Both the position numbers and the translations under genes were made by a program. The notes beneath the pieces are model-generated. The model saw only the letters and a program-made list of their open reading frames with translations, did no database searches and was not told where the DNA came from. A stretch of DNA of 64,000 nucleotides, from the IMG/VR virus record IMGVR_UViG_3300044742_000102; one strand, 5' to 3'. The DNA comes from a virus. Numbering within the stretch: the stretch's first letter is position 1; every line of letters begins with the position of its first letter. Of the stretch, positions 57,270 to 64,000 are shown in pieces.

Positions 57270-59387
57270 ATGTCTATACCGTTCCCACCACAGCAGCATC
57301 CTAATCCGTTTGCTGCACTTCTTGGTGGTGGTGGCTTTCCTCCGGGTGTTGTCGGGCCACTACCGCAACAGATGAATCCACAGCAGGGGTTCGGTGCTCC
57401 TATGGGTCTACAGAACCCTATTGCTGCTGGTATTGGTGGACCGCAAGCTGCTGGTGATCCTCTCGGTGGAATCCTGGCCGGTCTTGCGAACACCCCAACC
57501 ATGCAGTTCATTCTACAGGAGATACAGGCCCAGCAGGGGCTATCACAGCCCCCATCACTACCAGATAATCAGTCACAAGCGAAGGCACAGCAGCGCAAGA
57601 AGAAGCGCAAGATCACCGAAGATGAAATCGATGACAAGGTTACTCGAATCACCGGTAAATGGCTTCCCCGCGACAACCGCATGGATGAAGACCTATCACT
57701 CTATCGTTTGGAAGAGCAGGTAGAGGGTACTGGTGAAGTTATCCAGAAAAATACACCCTACGTTGTGGTTGAGAAGGCAGCAAACATGCTTGCATCTCAG
57801 ACTCCTACGATCCAAGTTATTCCACCCGGACCAGATGACAAAGAAGAAGCTCAGAAGATTGAGAACTTCCTACGTTGGTCGTGGACAACGTGGAATCGCA
57901 CGTGGAGAAGGTCACAGAGTCAGGGTTCACTCCAGCACGCGATGGCACATTTCCTCTGTTTGAGGGGATGGGCCTCTTTTCGTATCTGGTACGACTCCGA
58001 AGTAGACCCAGCAGTCGAAATGCCCATCAGAGTCAAGCTCTTTGATCCACGACAGGTATACCCTGAGTTTGGAGACAGAGGGCTACTCTATGTAGTGCAT
58101 AAATATTGGACCACATATGGAGAACTCAAAGATGAGTGGGAGGAAGCGGCTAAGGAATTCGATGAGGAAGATGATGAGGAACAGGTGGAGGTCACCGAAT
58201 ACTACGATGACTGGTTCCACGCTATCTCAGTTGCGGGTGTGTACATCAAGAAGCCAACCGCACATGAATATGGCTTTGTACCGTGGGCTATTGTTACCGG
58301 CAACGGCTCTCCGATCCGCGCAACTTCGGTGGACCAGACTTCATGGGTTGAAGATGTGGGTGTACCGATCTTCCACGGCATCAAGGCATCCTATGCATCC
58401 CTCAACCGACTCCTATCACAACTTGCGACACAAGTTGCCAACGCAGCTAACCCCGCTTCACTCTACTACTATGACCCAAACCAAGATAAGCTCCCACGAC
58501 CACTCGACTATACACCGGGCACCACAAACTACCTGTTGTATGACAGAGAGCGAGTAGAACCACTCCTACTGAACCCAAATCCAAACGATGTTGGGCCGGT
58601 CATTGACAGCCTACTCGATGATGTACAGAAGGGCACACTGCCGAACGTACTCTGGGGACAGGGTGGCACCGAAACTGGCTTCCTCATGTCGATGATGACT
58701 GATGCAGCAAGAGACCAACTCTATGCTGTGGTTGAGGCAATGCAGGAAGCATATACACAGGTAAATGAGTGTGCACTTATTCTTATCCGTGACTTCGTAG
58801 AGGGTGAGATTGGTTTCTGGACACGCGACCAGCAAGGTGTTGTACAATCTGGTGTAACACTTGCACCAGAAGAAGTAGAGGCTGTTGGTACCGAAAATAT
58901 TGTATACTATCGTGATGTATCACCGAAGGATCGAGCAACGATGGCACAGCTAGCAACCATGCTGGTTGAGAAGAAGCTCATCTCACTAGAAACTGCACGT
59001 GAAGACTACCTCATGATCGACAATCCAGAGCGAGAAAATCAGCGCGTATTGTATGATCTTATCAACATGGATGAAGATATCATCAAGAAGGGACTGGTTC
59101 CTCTTACCTTGTATCAGGCTGATCCAGAACTCTTCAAACTCTATATGACCATGAAGATGGCAGAGTTTGCTGGTGGACAACCACAACAACCACAGATGCC
59201 ACAGGGACCACAGGTACCGGGACTCACAACCACATCGCAAGCACCGGTAGCACAGCCCGGAGCCAACCTGATGCAGCAATCACTCGGCTCATCTCTTGGT
59301 GGACCGGGTGGTGGACTACCACCGGGACAACCGGGTGCTGGTGCTATGCCGCTTGGTATGGCAGCAGGTATGCCACTAGGAGTGTAA
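57270..59387 (+). CDS. portal protein (putative) with low-complexity Gly/Pro/Gln/Met termini
   Basis: GGAGG RBS. 705 aa, directly after TerL. The N-terminal ~100 aa and C-terminal ~80 aa are rich in P/Q/G/M. Confidence 0.6.
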   Translation: MSIPFPPQQHPNPFAALLGGGGFPPGVVGPLPQQMNPQQGFGAPMGLQNPIAAGIGGPQAAGDPLGGILAGLANTPTMQFILQEIQAQQGLSQPPSLPDNQSQAKAQQRKKKRKITEDEIDDKVTRITGKWLPRDNRMDEDLSLYRLEEQVEGTGEVIQKNTPYVVVEKAANMLASQTPTIQVIPPGPDDKEEAQKIENFLRWSWTTWNRTWRRSQSQGSLQHAMAHFLCLRGWASFRIWYDSEVDPAVEMPIRVKLFDPRQVYPEFGDRGLLYVVHKYWTTYGELKDEWEEAAKEFDEEDDEEQVEVTEYYDDWFHAISVAGVYIKKPTAHEYGFVPWAIVTGNGSPIRATSVDQTSWVEDVGVPIFHGIKASYASLNRLLSQLATQVANAANPASLYYYDPNQDKLPRPLDYTPGTTNYLLYDRERVEPLLLNPNPNDVGPVIDSLLDDVQKGTLPNVLWGQGGTETGFLMSMMTDAARDQLYAVVEAMQEAYTQVNECALILIRDFVEGEIGFWTRDQQGVVQSGVTLAPEEVEAVGTENIVYYRDVSPKDRATMAQLATMLVEKKLISLETAREDYLMIDNPERENQRVLYDLINMDEDIIKKGLVPLTLYQADPELFKLYMTMKMAEFAGGQPQQPQMPQGPQVPGLTTTSQAPVAQPGANLMQQSLGSSLGGPGGGLPPGQPGAGAMPLGMAAGMPLGV

Positions 59388-59388
59388 T

Positions 59389-60447
59389 ATGAGCTTCTTA
59401 GATGAAATACTAAAGAAATCCCCAATCAAACCCGTTGTTCCTATGCCCCCTATCGGACCAGCAGTAGGCTTGTTTAAGGCAGCAACGGGACCAAACGCAC
59501 GCGCATTTACACGTAGTATGCTGCCCGGTATGGGTGAAGCACGTGTAACCGGTGATGTAATTGGACAGTTACTCGGTAGTGGAAAAGACTTTGCTACCGA
59601 TGCCAGCAGAATAACCGGAGCACCAACACGCTTCCTGTACAATTCACCACTTAATGTCACCAGACCGCTCATAAGAAGTCTACCGCGTGCAGCAATGAAC
59701 GCTGGTCAGGCTATTACTGATGCCGTACAGGGTACACAAGCAGCAGAGTCACCAACCGACAGAACAACCGCATGGGACACCGATGCACAATATGCCGTTA
59801 TGCGTAACCTGACCGAAGCAGACCGTACTGTACCATTCCAAAACGCAACAAACTCACAACAGGTCACGAATAAGACCAGTGCAATTGTGTTGAAATACCT
59901 TGCACAAGAGGGTGTTACCATTGCACCAGAGGTAGCTAAGGCATTCACAGAGGGTGCCGATGAGGCTATCAGACTCTGGTATAATGGATCGATGCAGGAT
60001 GAACAGAATGTAGACATTTCCGAATACTACAAGTTCATGACTGATGCGGTACTCGAAGCACAACGCAGCTTTGAACAGGACCAACCAGAAGAAACAACAT
60101 CCACTGCTCCACCAGCAGAGGGACTAACCTCTACCGAAGCAGCGATGGCAACCGGTAACCAACAACAGACAGCACCAGCAGGAGCAGCACCGGATACTGC
60201 GATGGATTGGGGCTTTATGGAAGCAACCGATGAAGCCCAAATGATGCCGGATGAGGATATGATGGCATGGGATGGTAGCTATTGGGGCAGTGGTCAGGGT
60301 GGTAACTTTGATAATCAGTCTATGTATAACGCATACATTGGTTGGCTACAAGGCACCGCGCAACCATCATGGAATAAGACACCAGAGGCATTTATGAAGT
60401 ACGCAGAGGCACTAGCCAAGCGTAATAGAGAACGGGGGACTACCTAA
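59389..60447 (+). CDS. virion/scaffold-like protein
   Basis: 352 aa following the portal gene, with an acidic, Met-rich C-terminal half. Confidence 0.5.
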   Translation: MSFLDEILKKSPIKPVVPMPPIGPAVGLFKAATGPNARAFTRSMLPGMGEARVTGDVIGQLLGSGKDFATDASRITGAPTRFLYNSPLNVTRPLIRSLPRAAMNAGQAITDAVQGTQAAESPTDRTTAWDTDAQYAVMRNLTEADRTVPFQNATNSQQVTNKTSAIVLKYLAQEGVTIAPEVAKAFTEGADEAIRLWYNGSMQDEQNVDISEYYKFMTDAVLEAQRSFEQDQPEETTSTAPPAEGLTSTEAAMATGNQQQTAPAGAAPDTAMDWGFMEATDEAQMMPDEDMMAWDGSYWGSGQGGNFDNQSMYNAYIGWLQGTAQPSWNKTPEAFMKYAEALAKRNRERGTT

Positions 60448-60818
60448 TGCCTAGCTACGCATACAATGGTCAATCCTCACCGTTTAATATGGGTCCATTC
60501 GCACAGGCTATGGCCGGTAATGCCCCATTCACTACAGGGTTCTACAACGATAACCCCGACCTTGCATGGGAGGATTTAATTCGTAGAGCACGACCATCGA
60601 ACTCTGCTACGGATATGCTCCGTAGAATGTTCGGTAGTGTGCGAGACCAGTGGACAAACCAACAGTGGAACGAGCAGGTTAATATGCAGCCTATGACTTC
60701 GTTCACTGATTACGTAAAGAACTATAACTTTAATAAGGAGTTTGCACGCTCATCTCCGAACATACGTAGGGAGAACCCAAGCTACTTTAACCGGCCAGTT
60801 CGTACGATTTCATTTTAG
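60447..60818 (+). CDS. hypothetical virion protein
   Basis: 123-aa ORF, TAATG coupled. Confidence 0.5.
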   Translation: MPSYAYNGQSSPFNMGPFAQAMAGNAPFTTGFYNDNPDLAWEDLIRRARPSNSATDMLRRMFGSVRDQWTNQQWNEQVNMQPMTSFTDYVKNYNFNKEFARSSPNIRRENPSYFNRPVRTISF

Positions 60819-60833
60819 TCTAGGGAGACACAT

Positions 60834-61613
60834 ATGGCAACTGATTCGGGGGGTACCCGCAAGAAGAAGAAGACAACAGGGAGTGGTGGTACCGGTCATG
60901 AGGCCAGCCTTGGTACTGTGCCTTCACCACCCGATCTACAAGTATACAAAACAGGCTATTGGGACCCTGCACGGGATGCTGGACTCGTTGATCCAAACCA
61001 GCCCGGTATGCAAAGTGGTCCGTATCCGGCACAGGCACCAGACCCATATACCACCGGTAGTGGTACAACAGCAGACTATGTTGGCAACTCATTTCTAGAC
61101 AATCCGGGTGCTGCTGTCAACAACATTATGCAGGGACTCGGACTCAGTGTCAGCAGTAACTCTCCATTCTATAATGCGATGAGTCAGCTAGCACCGGGAC
61201 TAGAATGGATGCAATATTTCGGTAGCGGTACCGGAGCACCGGGGGAGTTCCTTGGTAACGTAGGTAGCTGGTTCAATCAGGGTACCGGTGGCAACGCTAT
61301 GGGTGCTAATCTCGGTGGTATGCTCCAGAACTTTTTCAGTGGTGGTAACACCGCTGACCTATCCGCAATGATTGATAATATGACACCGGAGGATATCACA
61401 CGAGCTATTGCATCGATGATGGAAACTGGCATGTATGGTAGTGCTGGTAGCAGGGTGCGGCAGGGGCTACAGTCTCGACTACTTGACCAGTACAATCAGT
61501 TCGCTGGTAATCAGCCAACCATTGAAGCAGGACTTGGTGCGGGACAGACCATTGCTGATGCATTCCTAGAGTGGATGCGTGGAAAAGATGTTCTCGGATC
61601 GTTAGGATTCTAA
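60834..61613 (+). CDS. Gly-rich internal-virion-like protein
   Basis: GGGAG RBS. 259 aa with G/S/N/Q-rich composition. Confidence 0.55.
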   Translation: MATDSGGTRKKKKTTGSGGTGHEASLGTVPSPPDLQVYKTGYWDPARDAGLVDPNQPGMQSGPYPAQAPDPYTTGSGTTADYVGNSFLDNPGAAVNNIMQGLGLSVSSNSPFYNAMSQLAPGLEWMQYFGSGTGAPGEFLGNVGSWFNQGTGGNAMGANLGGMLQNFFSGGNTADLSAMIDNMTPEDITRAIASMMETGMYGSAGSRVRQGLQSRLLDQYNQFAGNQPTIEAGLGAGQTIADAFLEWMRGKDVLGSLGF

Positions 61614-61614
61614 G

Positions 61615-61989
61615 ATGGGACCATTTAGTAACGCACTCGCACATGGCTTACAGCGCGGAGCTAATCGCGCAATGATGGGACCAACACGACCGGTTGTAAC
61701 ACCAGTACGACCATTCATGCCACGATCAACTAGTCAGCCCGGTAATCCCGGTAACTTTGTTGACTGGTTCCAGCGTATGCAGCGACCAGAGTGGCAGGAG
61801 TGGCTACGCAGAATGGCCGGTGGTCAGGGTGCGGGGGATACCTCGTACATGATGCCGGGAAGAACGATGCAAGCTGGGCCGGGTATGATAAATCCGGGTG
61901 CGCTTGGTGCTATCCGACAGCAGTATAGACACAACTTGGCCCCCAATGCAGGCAGTGCAAAGGGTGGTCCATACCGACCAAAATTTTAA
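61615..61989 (+). CDS. basic Pro/Gly/Met-rich internal-virion-like protein
   Basis: 124-aa ORF. Confidence 0.5.
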   Translation: MGPFSNALAHGLQRGANRAMMGPTRPVVTPVRPFMPRSTSQPGNPGNFVDWFQRMQRPEWQEWLRRMAGGQGAGDTSYMMPGRTMQAGPGMINPGALGAIRQQYRHNLAPNAGSAKGGPYRPKF

Positions 61990-62003
61990 CATAGGGGGCA
62001 GCA

Positions 62004-63215
62004 ATGGCTGAACGCTTTGGTGACTATACCTCAGCAGTGAACCGCGTAAGTCAAAACTTACGTGCCTTGCTGCCCAACACAACCGCTGCTGGTATGCAGA
62101 AACGAACACCACCACTCTCATCCTACATCACACAGCTACAGAAATCTGGGGGTGGATACCAGACACAAACTGGTGCCGGTGGTGGGTATAACACGAACAT
62201 CGGTGGTAGTGGCCTACTTGGATTTAAGGGCAGCAACCCACAAATGGAGTTGTTCTCCTTCCTGAATGCTGGACCAAAGAGTTATCAGGACATGTTGGCA
62301 CAGAACCAGTTCAATCCGAAGACTTCTGTAGGTCAGGTCACACAGTCGAACCAGAATGCATCGGTAGGTGGGGGTAACCTCGCTGGCACAATGCAGTGGA
62401 GAGACCTGATGGAGCAGGCCGGTGCAGAGCTACAGGTGCCGTGGCAGGTACTTGCATCGATCATGGCTATCGAATCACAGGGTAACAATGTCAACGATCC
62501 CGGTGGAGCTATGGGTCTGATGCAGATCATGCCACAATATTGGTCACAGCTTGCACAACAGTATGGTGGTAATCTACAAGACCCACGCACAAACATCTTC
62601 ACCGCAGCAGCAATTCTACGACAGAACTATGAACGCTATGGTAGCTGGTCATCAGCGGCAGCAGCCTACTTCGGTGGTGCTGGTGCCTTCAATGATGATG
62701 GCTCCTATAGTGGAAGTTCCGACTCATACGGCACCGATATTGGAGCCTATGTATCAGCGTTCGATGGCTACATGCAGCAGCTAGAGTATGGTGTACCAAC
62801 CGTAGGAGAAACCTTTAATGGTGGTAACCCAGCTACACCGAATGCTTCTCATGCCCTTGCAGCAGCTATGTCTGCACAGGGGGCACCCTATATCTGGTCA
62901 GGAGAATCATGGGAAGAGGGTGGGTTCGACTGTTCTGGACTGATGCAGTGGGCCTATCAGCAGGCCGGTATTCAGCTTCCACGTACCGCAGCGGAGCAGT
63001 ACAACGCAACGAAGCGTATTACAAGTCAGGAACTCCAACCGGGTGACCTTATTTTCTTTGCAGGCACAACAGATGCCCCAGGTATCACCCACGTTGGTAT
63101 GTATATAGGCAATGGACAGATGATTCAGGCTCCTAAAGAGGGAGATATTGTTAAGATTGTATCAATCAATGATGCCTATTGGTCACAACACACGGTAGGA
63201 TATGGTAGGGTATAG
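62004..63215 (+). CDS. virion-associated peptidoglycan hydrolase: lytic transglycosylase (SLT) + NlpC/P60 endopeptidase
   Basis: SLT motifs AIESQG and GLMQIMPQYW. NlpC/P60 motifs GFDCSGLMQWAY (Cys) and ITHVGMYIGNGQMIQAP (His). Confidence 0.85.
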   Translation: MAERFGDYTSAVNRVSQNLRALLPNTTAAGMQKRTPPLSSYITQLQKSGGGYQTQTGAGGGYNTNIGGSGLLGFKGSNPQMELFSFLNAGPKSYQDMLAQNQFNPKTSVGQVTQSNQNASVGGGNLAGTMQWRDLMEQAGAELQVPWQVLASIMAIESQGNNVNDPGGAMGLMQIMPQYWSQLAQQYGGNLQDPRTNIFTAAAILRQNYERYGSWSSAAAAYFGGAGAFNDDGSYSGSSDSYGTDIGAYVSAFDGYMQQLEYGVPTVGETFNGGNPATPNASHALAAAMSAQGAPYIWSGESWEEGGFDCSGLMQWAYQQAGIQLPRTAAEQYNATKRITSQELQPGDLIFFAGTTDAPGITHVGMYIGNGQMIQAPKEGDIVKIVSINDAYWSQHTVGYGRV

Positions 63216-63223
63216 GAGGTTGC

Positions 63224-64000
63224 ATGTCTGCATCAGTACAGCAGATCGTGAAGGATACAATTGTACCCAAGATCGAGCGCAAGCAGCCTCTCACAAACCT
63301 TACCGTACAACAGGTAACACAGCCCCTCGCAACACAGCAAGCACAACAACCGAAGAAAGGCAAGAATCTACTAGACCGTGCGCTACATGTGCCGGGAGAG
63401 GGGCTACACTATCTTGGTGAGGCACTCGACCTATCTGGTAAGTATCTAGCCCGACCGACACTTGGTGTAGCATCACGAGCAGCATCTAGCAACACACCGG
63501 TTGGTGACTATATCCGTGCAATGGCAAAGAGCCGCAGAAACGCACCGCTCACATGGGACTTGGGACCGGTTGATATTGGTCTTGGTCCGATGTTCATACC
63601 GGGTACAGTCGCAGATGTAATCGCACCACACAATGAAGCACAACGCAAGCAGGTACAGAAGTCAGGCTCTCTGACACAAGCATGGAGAGAACAGGCTAAG
63701 GGTAACAGTTTCCTAGAGAACGTACTCGCAGAAATTGCTGCCGATCCTACCACGTGGATCACAGCAGGTACCGCTGGTGCAGCAATGAAGCTGCCAAAGG
63801 TTGCATCTCTTGCTGCACGACACCCTGTTCTCGCAGCGGAGACACTCCAAGCAATCAACCGACTCCAAGACCTACAGGCTCTTCCTATACTTGGTCCCCT
63901 AAAGGGTGCAAAGAAGGCTATACAACTCGTTAAGAAGGATGCCTTTGTAGAAACCAAAGAGACCGGAGTATTGAAGAAAATTCGTGATGTTATTGGAGCA
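63224..64000 (+). CDS. virion protein, 3' end cut by the window edge
   Basis: TAGGAGG RBS, 5 nt, then the ATG at 63224. The frame stays open for 259 codons to the last base of the window. Confidence 0.6.
   Translation, partial: MSASVQQIVKDTIVPKIERKQPLTNLTVQQVTQPLATQQAQQPKKGKNLLDRALHVPGEGLHYLGEALDLSGKYLARPTLGVASRAASSNTPVGDYIRAMAKSRRNAPLTWDLGPVDIGLGPMFIPGTVADVIAPHNEAQRKQVQKSGSLTQAWREQAKGNSFLENVLAEIAADPTTWITAGTAGAAMKLPKVASLAARHPVLAAETLQAINRLQDLQALPILGPLKGAKKAIQLVKKDAFVETKETGVLKKIRDVIGA

Noticed and set aside
1-64000. Idea that the window is a complete circular genome, with the last ORF (63224..64000) continuing in frame into the first (1..1707)
   Set aside because: The frames happen to be compatible, but this has a 1-in-3 chance. 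The window length is an arbitrary 64000 nt, and no major capsid protein gene is recognisable, so more genome probably lies outside the window. This cannot be decided from the sequence alone.

Overview
The window looks like a large part of a tailed dsDNA phage genome. I saw no integrase or repressor, so there is no evidence of lysogeny. All calls come from reading the sequence and the ORF track by eye, with no database search, and tRNA and hairpin coordinates may be off by 1-2 nt. Layout: (1) 1-13423, + strand, tail-fibre and virion genes, including a papain-like peptidase, a DNRLRE-like large protein and a 679-aa SGTD-repeat protein. (2) 13468-24989, - strand, about 45 small, translationally coupled early-type genes, including acidic, Zn-ribbon and micro-TM proteins and an endonuclease VII. 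(3) 25181-26458, a protein-free island dense in repeats and palindromes, bounded on the right by a - strand terminator. (4) 26459-45860, - strand replication and nucleotide-metabolism genes: SLOG/DUF2493, Dcd/dUTPase-like, class II RNR, amidase, Cas4-like nuclease, primase, PolA, dNMP kinase, DUF4406, DnaB-like helicase, Rad52-like annealase and a second endonuclease VII. (5) 45861-46730, a divergent control region with inverted repeats, a G-tract, tandem 9-mers, hairpins and micro-ORFs. (6) 46811-53948, a tRNA island with 35 tRNA genes that I folded by hand. They cover all 20 amino acids and are interleaved with small ORFs, tRNA-like elements and conserved hairpins. (7) 54096-64000, + strand packaging and virion genes: TerS-like, collagen-like, basic protein, TerL, portal, low-complexity internal proteins and an SLT+NlpC/P60 hydrolase. 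The observations most worth a second look are the 1.3-kb non-coding island, a recurrent GTTT(T)C-N-GAAA(A)C palindrome family with CTAG-rich motifs, the complete and partly non-canonical tRNA set, and a family of four perfect sigma70-type promoters, one of them inside a coding region.
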